Shown here: positions 10,011 to 20,432 of the stretch, piece by piece
Layout: each line of letters starts with the position of its first letter
Numbering within the stretch: position 1 is the stretch's first letter
Origin: Candidatus Bathyarchaeia archaeon
Lineage (GTDB): Archaea > Thermoproteota > Bathyarchaeia > TCS64
NCBI GenBank assembly: GCA_050014495.1
Contig: JBEKDF010000002.1
Location: 32,001 to 96,000 of the forward strand
Reading direction: 5' to 3'
Length of the DNA stretch: 64,000 nt
Notes under the pieces: generated by a model
What the model saw: only the letters and a program-made list of their open reading frames with translations
The model's database searches: none
Told to the model about the DNA's origin: nothing
Program-made: the position numbers and the translations under genes

Positions 10011-11688
10011 CACGATACAGATACAGGAAGTAGAGTACCAGGCAGTCAGCCCGAGCGACTTTTTCTATCGCAACAGGGAGATCGCCGGCTTCAGTAACCC
10101 CAGCAGAGCCATTTACGTCGGCGTCAGAGAACTCCTAGAGAACAGCCTCGACGCCTGCGAAAGCGCCCAAATCCCCCCAGACATCTACCTCCGAATAACT
10201 GAGCTAAGCAGCAGTAGCGGCGAAAACGGGACGGCTGTATACCTACTCAGAATCCAGGACAACGGCACGGGTGTCCCCTCAGAGGAGATACCTGCCTGCT
10301 TCGCCCAGATCTTCTATGGATCCAAATATACCCTCAAGCAAAACCGCGGAACCTTCGGTATGGGTGGCAAGATGACCATCCTATATGGCCAGATCACCAC
10401 CCACAAACCTGTGGTCGTCACCTCGAGCGTCGGTAAGGAAATCCACGAGTACGAGATGATGATGGACATCCAGAAGAACCAGCCCCAGGTAATCCGACAC
10501 ACAACCCTCTCTAACGAAAAAGGGTGGCGCGGTACCATCGTCGAACTCCAGATCGAGGGCGACTACCCCCGAATAATGAGCCGCATGGTAGAATACCTAC
10601 GACAGACTGCAATGGTCAACCCCTACGCCGACATCACTTTCATAGATCCGAAGAACCGTCTATATCGCTTCGAGAGGGGCACCACTCAGATGCCCCCTGT
10701 CCCCCAGAAGGTCAAACCCCACCCACACGGCATAGATGTTGAGACCCTACGCAGGATGCTTCTTGTCACCAAATCCCGGGACATGAAGAATTTTTGGATC
10801 GATCACTTCCAGGGCGTAGGACCCAAGACAGCGGAGAAGTTCCTTGCATTCGCCGAGATAAGGCAGGAAATGAAGCCCGCAAGTCTCTCATCCGACGAGA
10901 TCGTAAAGCTGGTCCGTGCGGCGAAGGAGTTCCAGGAGTTCTACCGTCCCGACTCGAGCTGTCTCAGCCCAATAGGCCCAGACCTCCTCGAAACGGGGAT
11001 AAGGAAGGAGCTAAACCTCACCGACGCCGACTTCATAAAGGCTGTACAGCGGCCACCCGCCACTTACAGTGGCTACCCCTTTATAGTCGAAGCAGCCTTA
11101 GTCACTGGGCCAACAATCCGTAAAATAGGAAATGGCACCACACTCTACAGATTCGCAAACCGTATTCCCCTCCTCTTCGACGAGTCGAGCTGTGTCACTT
11201 ACAAGGTCATCTCTAAGGACATTAACTGGAGGACATATAATGTTCAACAGGAGACCCCCCTCATTGTCGCGATTCACCTCTGCTCGACGAAGATCCCCTA
11301 CAAGAGCGTGGGGAAGGAGTTCCTAGCCGACCAAGTGGAAGTCGAGAAGGAGATTACCAACGCCATAAGAGAAGCGGCGCGTGACCTTCGTATATTCATT
11401 AGTCGCAGTGTTAAACTGGAAAAGCAGAAGCATCGCCTTAACATATTCAGCAAGTACCTCCCCAAGATTGCAGAGTTCGCCATGAAGCTAGGCGACAAGA
11501 CAGACATGCCCGACATTCAGAAGCTCCTCGATGAGATACTTGTGGTCAACCAGCAGGAAGATGACGACGAGAACGGGAATGGGGACGAGAACGGAAACGG
11601 TGTACTTCCTCCGCCAGATGACGAAACGCTAGACGAGGAGCTAGAAGAGAAGATAGAGGAGGAGAGGATCGATGGCAAAGAGGATTAG
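10006..11688 (+). CDS. top6B: DNA topoisomerase VI subunit B (start uncertain, 9958-10015)
   Basis: ELLENSLDA, DNGTG, RGTFGMG, PHPHG, RFANRIPLL. Confidence 0.96.
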   Translation: MDTIQIQEVEYQAVSPSDFFYRNREIAGFSNPSRAIYVGVRELLENSLDACESAQIPPDIYLRITELSSSSGENGTAVYLLRIQDNGTGVPSEEIPACFAQIFYGSKYTLKQNRGTFGMGGKMTILYGQITTHKPVVVTSSVGKEIHEYEMMMDIQKNQPQVIRHTTLSNEKGWRGTIVELQIEGDYPRIMSRMVEYLRQTAMVNPYADITFIDPKNRLYRFERGTTQMPPVPQKVKPHPHGIDVETLRRMLLVTKSRDMKNFWIDHFQGVGPKTAEKFLAFAEIRQEMKPASLSSDEIVKLVRAAKEFQEFYRPDSSCLSPIGPDLLETGIRKELNLTDADFIKAVQRPPATYSGYPFIVEAALVTGPTIRKIGNGTTLYRFANRIPLLFDESSCVTYKVISKDINWRTYNVQQETPLIVAIHLCSTKIPYKSVGKEFLADQVEVEKEITNAIREAARDLRIFISRSVKLEKQKHRLNIFSKYLPKIAEFAMKLGDKTDMPDIQKLLDEILVVNQQEDDDENGNGDENGNGVLPPPDDETLDEELEEKIEEERIDGKED

Positions 11689-12769
11689 TGAAGCGGAGAA
11701 GCAGCGGGAGGCTGTCGACAAGGCCCTCAAGCAACTGGGTTCCCTTGTATACGACCAGATCAATCAGGGGGAGTTCCCTTGGGTGATGATGCAGAGCAGG
11801 AGCATCGACAACATCCAGTACGACCCCCACGCCCGCCAGTACATCCTAGGCGACAGGATGGTCAAACGCCACAGTCGGAACATAAAGCACATCCGTCCTT
11901 TCACTCAACTCATCTGGACCGCGTGGTTCGCGCGTGAGCTCGTCCGGCAGAGGAAGACGAGTACTCTTAGGGAGGCGTATTACTCCGCAAGGGGCCAGCG
12001 TGACATCGAATACACAGATCAACAAGAGTCCGATAACATCATCACTGACCTAGAGGTGGCACTCAACAAGGCGAGGGAGGACTTCAACATCTACCCCGAG
12101 GAGCGGAGCGCCATCTTCGGGGATATAACCATCGAGTACACCGTTCCTGGATATGAGGGGCGCCGCACAAACCTCACCGACCATCCAGACGGTATAATGG
12201 TCGGCCCAGCTGTGACAAGCAGCGAGTTCATAGAGACCACAGCCAATAAGATACTCGTCGTTGAGAAGGGTGCAATGTTTACACGTCTAGTCGAGGAGCA
12301 AGCCCACAAAAAGTTCAACGCAATCCTCATCCACACGGCTGGGCAGAGCCCGCGCAGCACACGCAGCATAATCCATCGCCTTAACAAGGATTGGGGAATG
12401 CCCGTCTACATATTCACCGATGGTGACCCTTGGGGGGTCCACATCGCTCAGGTCATATGCTCAGGTAGCGCAAACGCCGCTCACCTCAGAGGCCTAACAA
12501 CCCCTGACGCACAGTGGATAGGCGTTTGGGCAACCGACATAACCAAATACAAGCTCCCTACCGAGAACCTCACCGATTTTGATAAGAAGAGGCTAACAGA
12601 GCTCCAAGCGGATCCTCGATATAACGAGGACCCCTGGAAGAAGCAGATAGAGGAATTCATCAAGCTCCAGAAGAAAGCAGAACTGGAGGCCTTCAGCAGG
12701 TACGGGCTGACTTACATAGTGGATAAGTATCTCCCAGAGAAGATCGGAGCCACCGTCCCTGATTCTTAA
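11672..12769 (+). CDS. top6A: DNA topoisomerase VI subunit A
   Basis: TLRE.YY catalytic Tyr, VVEK, TDGDPWG Toprim, KAELEA. Confidence 0.97.
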   Translation: MAKRISEAEKQREAVDKALKQLGSLVYDQINQGEFPWVMMQSRSIDNIQYDPHARQYILGDRMVKRHSRNIKHIRPFTQLIWTAWFARELVRQRKTSTLREAYYSARGQRDIEYTDQQESDNIITDLEVALNKAREDFNIYPEERSAIFGDITIEYTVPGYEGRRTNLTDHPDGIMVGPAVTSSEFIETTANKILVVEKGAMFTRLVEEQAHKKFNAILIHTAGQSPRSTRSIIHRLNKDWGMPVYIFTDGDPWGVHIAQVICSGSANAAHLRGLTTPDAQWIGVWATDITKYKLPTENLTDFDKKRLTELQADPRYNEDPWKKQIEEFIKLQKKAELEAFSRYGLTYIVDKYLPEKIGATVPDS

Positions 12770-12802
12770 ATACGCCAACGCGTGACTCATTTTTGGGATA
12801 GT

Positions 12803-12997
12803 ATGTCGAGCGGATTCAGCTTCTCAATTTCGAGGATGATCGTCGCACTCTTTGGTTTTCTCCTACTCGTCTTAGGGGGTATAATGACCTACCTAGCCCT
12901 AACCGTCGAGGGAGCAGCGCCGACGCGGTTCTTCACACCATTGGGATTCCTTATAGCGATCCTCGGCTTCTTCCTGTTACTATCGAAGGATGCTTAG
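12803..12997 (+). CDS. Small two-helix membrane protein
   Basis: Two hydrophobic segments; ends 2 bp before the next gene. Confidence 0.7.
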   Translation: MSSGFSFSISRMIVALFGFLLLVLGGIMTYLALTVEGAAPTRFFTPLGFLIAILGFFLLLSKDA

Positions 12998-12999
12998 CT

Positions 13000-13755
13000 A
13001 TGTCGGTTAAAGGCGTGGTACTGGCAGGCGGCGAAGGCACTAGGTTCAGACCCCTAACATACTACTTTCAGAAATGTATGATTCCCATCGGGGAGGAGCA
13101 GAAGCCCATTCTCGACTACATCCTCCGTCTACTAAAATACAACGGAATCACAAAGACCGTTCTCCTCGTCGGGTACAAACATCAACAAATCGAGAACTAC
13201 TTCGAACACGGCGAGCGGTTCGGGGTCGAGATGACGTACGTTCTAGATGACCCAAACCTCAAGGGAAGCGCAAATGCACTGCTCAACGCCTACAAAAAGG
13301 GCGTAATAACGGATGAGGATACCCTCGTCGTCTACTACGGGGACATAATCAGCAACCTCGACATCAGAGCGATGGTGAGGCACCACCAGAACACAAAGGC
13401 GGACGCCACGTTGGCTCTGGCGAAGCGTTACAACATCAGTGTAGGAAAGGCAGAGCTCGATGGTACCCGTGTCACGAACTTCATAGAGAAACCAGACCTA
13501 ATGCAGCCCGTCAGCATAGGGATACTCACGCTGAGCGGTTCCGTACTGAAGGAGATGTTAACACTCCAGCAGCAGGGACAGTTCAAGAGCTTCGACCTCA
13601 TGGGCGACGTCATAGGCTACCTTGTACAGAGGGGTCGCCGAGTCGAGGCGTACCTCACGGATGCTTATTGGTACGACGTTGGAAGTGTTGAACGATATGA
13701 GAGGCTCAGCTCTGAGAAGTTAAGTGAGGTAGTTGGCTTCCTCTTAAAGCAGTAA
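13000..13755 (+). CDS. Sugar-phosphate nucleotidyltransferase
   Basis: LAGGEGTRFRPLT, YGD, EKP, W.DVG. Confidence 0.92.
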   Translation: MSVKGVVLAGGEGTRFRPLTYYFQKCMIPIGEEQKPILDYILRLLKYNGITKTVLLVGYKHQQIENYFEHGERFGVEMTYVLDDPNLKGSANALLNAYKKGVITDEDTLVVYYGDIISNLDIRAMVRHHQNTKADATLALAKRYNISVGKAELDGTRVTNFIEKPDLMQPVSIGILTLSGSVLKEMLTLQQQGQFKSFDLMGDVIGYLVQRGRRVEAYLTDAYWYDVGSVERYERLSSEKLSEVVGFLLKQ

Positions 13756-13844
13756 AGCGCGTACCTGGAACATTTACATATCTATTTCTACTACAGAAGT
13801 TTCTTAAACCATGCCTCGCCAAACTTAACCACCGGTGAAGCTTG

Positions 13845-14933
13845 ATGAAGGCATTAGTTCTTGCGGGTGGCTTCGGCACCCGCCTTAGACCTTTAAGCTG
13901 CACGAGGCCTAAGATGCTGTTTCCCATCGGGGATCAGCCTCTAATGGATTGGACGCTGAAAAACCTCTCCCAGGGGGGAGTGGATACCGTCGTCATGGCG
14001 GTGAACTACATGGCGGAGGCCCTTGTCCGCTACCTCGGACCCACTAAGTACGACCTGGGCATCATTTACAGTCGCGAACAACGCCCCCTCGGTACAGGTG
14101 GCCCCATTAGAAAGGCGAAGGAGCTTTTAAACGGGGAAGCTTTTCTCGTCCTCAATGGGGATGTAATATCAGACATAGACTACAGACGCCTAATAGAATA
14201 TCATAAGACCAAGGGTGGTCTTGCCACCCTAGCCCTCACCCCTGTCTCCGACCCGAGCAGGTACGGTGCAGTCGATCTGGATTGGGAAGGCAGAATAACT
14301 CGCTTTGTCGAGAAACCCGAAAAGGGGAAGGAACCCAGCAACCTCATCAATGCAGGAATCTATGTCTTTGACCCAAAGATATTCGACTACATCCCCGACG
14401 GGCGATCCGTTAGTATAGAAAGAGAGGTTTTTCCAGTTCTGGCCAATGAGAGGAAACTCTATGGCTTCGAGTTCCACGGCCTCTGGACTGATATGGGTGC
14501 ACCCGACGATTATCTCAAGGCCAACCAGATAATTCTCAGCAAGTATGAGGGCGTAAAGCTCGGCGAGGGCGCCAAGGTCGATCTCACTGCTAAACTTATC
14601 TCCCCCTGTTATGTAGGCCCAAGCGCTGAGATTGGAGCGGACAGCCTTATAGGCCCCAATACCACCATCTGTGACCACGTTCTAGTTGGGAAGGGGTGCA
14701 GGATAGACAATAGCATTCTTTTCACAGGTGCCTCCATTGGCGATTACTCCTCGGTGAAGAACGCGATAATCGGTGAGAACGCTATCCTGGAAAAGTGGGT
14801 GAAGGTGGAGTCGGGGAGCCTTGTCGGTGACTACTCGTGGATACATGACGGTGTCACAATAACCGACGGTGTCAGTATCTGCCCTAGTAAGGAAGTGAGC
14901 GAAAGCATACTAGAGCGCCGTCAGGTGATGTAG
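13845..14933 (+). CDS. Mannose-1-phosphate guanylyltransferase-like NDP-sugar synthase with hexapeptide repeats
   Basis: LAGGFGTRLRPL..PK, PLGTGG, LNGD, FVEKP, INAGIY; C-terminal beta-helix. Confidence 0.92.
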   Translation: MKALVLAGGFGTRLRPLSCTRPKMLFPIGDQPLMDWTLKNLSQGGVDTVVMAVNYMAEALVRYLGPTKYDLGIIYSREQRPLGTGGPIRKAKELLNGEAFLVLNGDVISDIDYRRLIEYHKTKGGLATLALTPVSDPSRYGAVDLDWEGRITRFVEKPEKGKEPSNLINAGIYVFDPKIFDYIPDGRSVSIEREVFPVLANERKLYGFEFHGLWTDMGAPDDYLKANQIILSKYEGVKLGEGAKVDLTAKLISPCYVGPSAEIGADSLIGPNTTICDHVLVGKGCRIDNSILFTGASIGDYSSVKNAIIGENAILEKWVKVESGSLVGDYSWIHDGVTITDGVSICPSKEVSESILERRQVM

Positions 14934-16294
14934 TGGGTCGGCTCTTCGGAACGAATGGAGTCAGAGGGGTCGCAAATAGGGAGCTAACAATCGAACTCGT
15001 AACCCTCATCGCCGCTTCCTGCGGTCAAGTTCTTGGTAAGAACATTGCCCTCGGCAAGGATGGTCGGGTCACAAGCCCAATGTTCGGTGACGCTGCCACC
15101 TCTGGGCTCCAATCGGTGGGCTGCAATGTACACGACCTCGGTATCCTACCCACTCCCGCCCTCCAATACGCGGTCAAACACCTCGGCCTAGACGGCGGCC
15201 TCATGATAACGGCAAGTCACAACCCGCCAGAATTCAATGGTGTCAAAGTCATGGCCTCCGACGGGGTCGAGATACCACGTAGCGTCGAGGACGAGATAGA
15301 GCGCATTTACTTCTCTGGAGGACCGAAACTCGCCGAATGGGACCACGTAGGAACACTGAGGCAGAGGGACGCCCTCGATCTCTACATCGATGCGGTCATC
15401 TCCAAGGCGGAAGGCAGTATCATTAGGAGAAAGAGGCTCAAGGTGGCCGTAGACCCCGGGAATGGCGTCGGAACATTAGTCGCTCCGACTATCGCTCAGC
15501 GCCTAGGCTGCGAGGTATACACAGTCAACGCCGAGCTCGATGGTAGGTTCCCAGGACGAGAATCTGAACCACGCCCTGATAACCTCGGGGCATTAAGTGA
15601 GCTAGTTAAGGCAGCCAACGCAGATTTTGGAATTGCCTTCGATGGCGATGCCGATAGGAGTATATTCCTGAACGAACGCGGGGAGCCCCTCTGGGGGGAC
15701 CGAAGCTTCGCACTCGTCGCCAAATACTATATGGAGAAGCACAAGGGGGCGAAGGTTGTCACACCTGTTAGCAGCAGCAACGCCATAGTTGATGTCGTTG
15801 AAGCAGCTGGTGGTTCTATACATTGGACCCGCGTGGGGAGTGTCGACGTTAGTCGAGCAATGATCGAGAACGGTATAGAGTTTGGCGGGGAGGAGAACGG
15901 TGGGGTCATGTATGGTCCACACCACCCTGTCCGGGACGGCTCGATGACTATGGCTCTCATCCTCGGCATCATAGCCAAGGAGGGCAAGGCGCTGAGTGAG
16001 CTCGTGGATGAGCTTCCTACATATGCACAAGCTAAGGAGAAGATCCGATGCCCCAACGAACTCAAGCAGAGAGTCCTCGAAGTGCTACGCCAGAAGGTCT
16101 CAGCGCCACGCCTCGACACCATGGATGGCTTAAAGCTAATCTTCGAAGATGGTAGCTGGGTGCTCGTCCGCCCCAGCGGAACGGAGCCTATCTTCAGGCT
16201 CTACGCTGAGGCGGATACACAGCCCAAGGTTGAGCGCCTTGTCTCGGAGAACAAGAGGCTGATAGAGGAGACTGTAAAGGCTCTCAGTGCCTGA
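14933..16294 (+). CDS. glmM: Phosphoglucosamine/phosphomannomutase
   Basis: LFGTNGVRG, TASHNP, DGDADR, GGEENGG, RPSGTEP. Confidence 0.92.
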   Translation: MGRLFGTNGVRGVANRELTIELVTLIAASCGQVLGKNIALGKDGRVTSPMFGDAATSGLQSVGCNVHDLGILPTPALQYAVKHLGLDGGLMITASHNPPEFNGVKVMASDGVEIPRSVEDEIERIYFSGGPKLAEWDHVGTLRQRDALDLYIDAVISKAEGSIIRRKRLKVAVDPGNGVGTLVAPTIAQRLGCEVYTVNAELDGRFPGRESEPRPDNLGALSELVKAANADFGIAFDGDADRSIFLNERGEPLWGDRSFALVAKYYMEKHKGAKVVTPVSSSNAIVDVVEAAGGSIHWTRVGSVDVSRAMIENGIEFGGEENGGVMYGPHHPVRDGSMTMALILGIIAKEGKALSELVDELPTYAQAKEKIRCPNELKQRVLEVLRQKVSAPRLDTMDGLKLIFEDGSWVLVRPSGTEPIFRLYAEADTQPKVERLVSENKRLIEETVKALSA

Positions 16295-16973
16295 GGCTGC
16301 GTGCCAGGTCAAGAAGGGTGACCTGCGGGTCCTTAGCCTTGACGACGCCGCTGGCGACGAGTATCCCCTCGGCCCCTAGCTTCTGTGCAGCTATCACGTC
16401 CTCACCGTTAGTTATCCCAGCGCCGCATAGAACCCTTACCTTAGGGTTTACTTGCTTTATCGCCGCTACGCTCCCTGAGATTACCTCAGGCTTAGCCTTG
16501 GAGACGGAGATGCCACTTCCGATTAGCTCTGAAGGCTCTATGGCTATGGCCTCAGGGGCGAAGGCCGCAACCTGTCTACCTTTCTCTACCGTGTCTACGC
16601 AGACAATGGATGCGAGGTCCGCCTCGCGCGCACGCTTCACCGTGTCCCTTATGACCTCGAGGGGGATCTGCCTCTCGCTGTGGTTGATGAGGGTACCTAC
16701 GCAGCCCGCCTCGGCTACTGACTCCGGGAGGATGTGGCCCGTGTACTGACCCATACCAACTGGATCGACATGTTGAGCGAAAACAGGTGTTTCGCTGCTG
16801 TCGATCACGATCTTCGAGTCGACCAGTTGAGGAGAGATAGCTATGCTCGCCCCCGTCTTTAGGTGGACCTGCTCCATGATCTTCGCGAGTCTTACTGCAT
16901 TCTCCCCCATACCCTCCCTGTAGGTCTTGAGATTGACCAAGATGAGGGGATACTTGACTAAGATGCCCTCCAT
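16284..16973 (-). CDS. tpiA: Archaeal triosephosphate isomerase
   Basis: VNLKTY, AQH.D, NHSE, EP.ELIGSG, LCGAGI, LVASG. Confidence 0.96.
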   Translation of the reverse strand: MEGILVKYPLILVNLKTYREGMGENAVRLAKIMEQVHLKTGASIAISPQLVDSKIVIDSSETPVFAQHVDPVGMGQYTGHILPESVAEAGCVGTLINHSERQIPLEVIRDTVKRAREADLASIVCVDTVEKGRQVAAFAPEAIAIEPSELIGSGISVSKAKPEVISGSVAAIKQVNPKVRVLCGAGITNGEDVIAAQKLGAEGILVASGVVKAKDPQVTLLDLARSLRH

Positions 16974-17022
16974 ATACGATACCGCTGAGTAAAGACTCTC
17001 GGCCGCTTTTGAGCTTTCCCGG

Positions 17023-17982
17023 TTAGGGATTGACCATTAGCTGGGGTGAGGCCTCGATTGGTACCGCGATACCAGAGGAGTCGAGGGTGTAGAGGTAAGT
17101 CCCAGGCTTAGATGGTATGAAGTTGAAGACATAGGTGGATTCAGTCCCAGGAGCAGCTGTAGTCTCCTTCGTGATCGTCGCCACCGGTTCCTCATCACCC
17201 TCGAGGTATATCCTACAAGTGACATTCTGTGTGATGGAGTGGACCCTGGTCGGGTTGGTTAAGACTATACCCACAGACGTCAGGTCGCCTATCCTGCCCC
17301 TTATGCTTGACCCATTCATTGTCTCCCACCCAGAACCTGTGAGTCTCAGTGTCGGTGGGAGAACTAGTGGATACTTTGTAGTCTTGAAGGGAAGCATAGC
17401 CTCGAAGAACAGGACGTTTGCCTTAGCCCTACCAGTAATCGTAACCTCCACTTCCCCCGCGTGTGCTGCTGCTGCGTCACTGACGAGCTTCTTGAAGGTA
17501 GCCCTATCCTCAACGGATAGCGTGAGGTTTCTCCTCACAAAACTAATGTAGCCCACCTTCTCCCGTGGGAAAGGATATGTGCGATTCAGCACAGTCTGGC
17601 CTTCTATCTGGAAAGTGAGATCTACATCGGATATCTCCGGCTGCGTGACTACTATAGGGCTCAGTGTGATGCTTATTAGCCACTTCCTCACATAATCGGG
17701 AGTCTGAGTGATCTGCGCCTCGGTGCTTGTGAAGCCAGGAAGTGTGACTGCTAGCCCCACATTGAGGGTCGAGTTCCTCCCCTGTATTGTCTCCCTAAGA
17801 TAGTTGGACATACCTTCTTCTGTGAAGTCGAGATTCACCGCCATCTTATTCAGCTCCCCGTAGCTACTGTAGAGGTCACCAATCTCGCGCCCAGCTAGGA
17901 TGGCTGTAAAGATGATCACCAGCTGGACGAGGCCCAGAATTTCCTCCCTGCTGACTATCTTCCCCTTATCCTTCTCCGCCAT
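17023..17982 (-). CDS. Membrane-anchored hypothetical surface protein with beta-sandwich domains
   Basis: One N-terminal TM helix; C-terminal Ig/CARDB-like pattern (F.P..PGTY.Y). Confidence 0.65.
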   Translation of the reverse strand: MAEKDKGKIVSREEILGLVQLVIIFTAILAGREIGDLYSSYGELNKMAVNLDFTEEGMSNYLRETIQGRNSTLNVGLAVTLPGFTSTEAQITQTPDYVRKWLISITLSPIVVTQPEISDVDLTFQIEGQTVLNRTYPFPREKVGYISFVRRNLTLSVEDRATFKKLVSDAAAAHAGEVEVTITGRAKANVLFFEAMLPFKTTKYPLVLPPTLRLTGSGWETMNGSSIRGRIGDLTSVGIVLTNPTRVHSITQNVTCRIYLEGDEEPVATITKETTAAPGTESTYVFNFIPSKPGTYLYTLDSSGIAVPIEASPQLMVNP

Positions 17983-18210
17983 CGATCTGACTGGAGTTAC
18001 CGTCCCATATTACATTTCTTAATTAAAAATGAAAATGTGACATTTCTGACGCGACATAGACAGAGGTTTAAATAAATGAAAGCCGGTGATTGTAGGGATC
18101 AAAACTCACAAGAAGAATAAATATCACTCGGAGTTACTCGGCTGAGCCGAGGCAACGTGTTTTAATAACCCTGACAAGCTATTCGATCGAAAACTTCGGG
18201 GGAGTTAACA

Positions 18211-20346
18211 ATGAAGGAATTTAAGAACCGCATATTAATTACATCTGCGCTCATCTACGCCAACGGGCCTGTCCACATAGGCCACCTTTTGGAGAACACC
18301 CAGACAGACATCTATGTCAGATTTCTCAAGCTCAACGGCCATGATGCGTTTTACTGTGGGGCAGAGGACACACATGGGGCTCCCATTGAGATAGCGGCTG
18401 CGAAACAGGGTGTAACCCCTGAGCAGTTCATCGACAGGTGGGTGAAGGAGCACGAGGAGGACTACAGGCGGTACAACATCGACTACGACAGCTACTACAC
18501 CACAAACAGCCCCGAGAACAAGATGTACACGGAGCTAATCTTCAAGCGCCTCGTAGACGCGGGACACATCTACACGAAGGAGATCGAGCTCACATACTGC
18601 GAGCATTGCAAGAGGTACCTCCCTGACAGGTACGTTAAGGGGACATGCCCCAAGTGTGGGGCTAAGGACCAGTATGGTGATGTCTGCGAACACTGCAACG
18701 CAACTTATGCCACAACGGATCTCGACGAGCCCTACTGCAGCATCTGTGGCTCCACCCCTATCAGGAAGCCAAGCCGCCACTACTTCTTCCGACTCAACGA
18801 CTTCAGCGACAAGCTCCGCACCTGGCTCAATGGGAACAAGAACCTGCAACCTGAGATTAGGAACCAGATTCTGAGCTGGGTGGATCAGGGGCTCCAGGAC
18901 TGGTGCATAAGCAGGGACGGCCCATACTTCGGATTTAAGATACCAGGTGAGGAGGACAAGTACTTCTACGTTTGGCTCGACGCCCCCATCGGCTACATAG
19001 CCTCGACAGCGAACTACTGCAGGGATAAACCATTCACAGCGGACGACATCTGGCAGAAGCCAGACTCTACGATCATCCACGTAATTGGGAAGGACATTAT
19101 CTACTTCCACCTCCTCTTCTGGCCCGCCGTACTAATGGGCAGCGGCTTCCACGTCCCCGACAACATCATCGTCCACGGCTTCCTCAATGTAAACGGGGAG
19201 AAGATGAGTAAGAGTCGCGGCACATTCCTCACCGCCAGCGAGTTCGCGGACCTCCTCGACCCCGAGTTACTCCGATATTTCTACGCTGCCAACCTCAGCC
19301 ACACCATGACCGACATCGACTTAGACCTAAAGACCCTCCAGGACAAGGTCAACAACGAACTCGTCAGCAACATCGCAAATCTCGTCTATAGGACCCTCAG
19401 CTTCCTCGACAAGAATTTCGAAAGCACAATAACGACGACCCTCAATAAGGAGCTACTCACTGAAGTAACGAAAAAGGCAGAGGAAGTCAGGAACAGCTAC
19501 TACGACCTCAACTTCCGTGAAGCCGTGGCAAAGACACTGGAGATCAGCACAATCGGCAACAAGTACTTCCAAGACAACAAGCCATGGGAGCTAGTAAAGA
19601 TCGACAAGGAGAAGGCTCAGGGGGTCTTGACAGACTGCGTCAACATCGTCAAAACGGTGACTATCCTCATGAAACCGATCACCCCCGTATTCTCCGAGGG
19701 GGTCGAGGAGCAGCTATACTTACACAACCTCAAGTGGGCTGATGTTAACCGCGTCGTCGAGAACCACCGAATCGCCGGAGCAAAAATAATCCTTAGGAAG
19801 ATTGATTCTATAGTGCTTAAAAAGCCGGGAGAGGGGTCAAAGGCTGAAACGAAGAGGGAAGAGAAGCCTACAAAGCCTACTGGTCCGGCGGCCCTTGACC
19901 TACGCGTCGGAGTAGTCACCGAGGTAAAGGACCACCCTCAGACTGACAAGCTATACATCCTCAAGATCGACCTCGGCTCGGAGCAGAGGCAGCTCTGTGC
20001 CGGGCTCAAGCCACACTACACTAAAGAGGAGCTACTTGGTAAGCACCTAGTTGTTGTAACTAACCTGAAGCCCGCGAAGCTGCGTGGGGAGCTGAGTCAG
20101 GGGATGCTACTAGCAGCCGACTCGGGCAGCGTGATAGGTGTCCTTAACGCGCCGGATAGCCCACCAGGGACGCAGGTAATCGCCGAAGGCATCTCCGGGA
20201 AGAGTGCCATACAGATTGAGATCGGGGATATAGCTGCCCTAACGCTCGAGGCGAAGGCTGGGAAGGCTTACGTTAATGGTAAGCAGCTGGGGACGGAGAA
20301 GGAAACGGTTCGCGTCGATAAAGGCGTAGAAGGCAGAATCAGATAG
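18211..20346 (+). CDS. metG: Methionine--tRNA ligase with C-terminal tRNA-binding domain
   Basis: HIGH, KMSKS, Cys knuckles, YVWLDAPIGY, NLKPAKLRG.LSQGMLLAA. Confidence 0.98.
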   Translation: MKEFKNRILITSALIYANGPVHIGHLLENTQTDIYVRFLKLNGHDAFYCGAEDTHGAPIEIAAAKQGVTPEQFIDRWVKEHEEDYRRYNIDYDSYYTTNSPENKMYTELIFKRLVDAGHIYTKEIELTYCEHCKRYLPDRYVKGTCPKCGAKDQYGDVCEHCNATYATTDLDEPYCSICGSTPIRKPSRHYFFRLNDFSDKLRTWLNGNKNLQPEIRNQILSWVDQGLQDWCISRDGPYFGFKIPGEEDKYFYVWLDAPIGYIASTANYCRDKPFTADDIWQKPDSTIIHVIGKDIIYFHLLFWPAVLMGSGFHVPDNIIVHGFLNVNGEKMSKSRGTFLTASEFADLLDPELLRYFYAANLSHTMTDIDLDLKTLQDKVNNELVSNIANLVYRTLSFLDKNFESTITTTLNKELLTEVTKKAEEVRNSYYDLNFREAVAKTLEISTIGNKYFQDNKPWELVKIDKEKAQGVLTDCVNIVKTVTILMKPITPVFSEGVEEQLYLHNLKWADVNRVVENHRIAGAKIILRKIDSIVLKKPGEGSKAETKREEKPTKPTGPAALDLRVGVVTEVKDHPQTDKLYILKIDLGSEQRQLCAGLKPHYTKEELLGKHLVVVTNLKPAKLRGELSQGMLLAADSGSVIGVLNAPDSPPGTQVIAEGISGKSAIQIEIGDIAALTLEAKAGKAYVNGKQLGTEKETVRVDKGVEGRIR

Positions 20347-20432
20347 CATATCTCCCACTTTACCCCCAACTCAGGGTATTTTCCCCTGACTCCTTAAATT
20401 AGGGGACCCCTCAGAGGACCCAGTGAAGACCT

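Noticed and set aside
18060..18160. Hairpin CTCGGC-TGA-GCCGAG and tiny ORFs upstream of metG (T-box or leader)
   Set aside because: No T-box motif, and the hairpin lies upstream of the metG-proximal TATA
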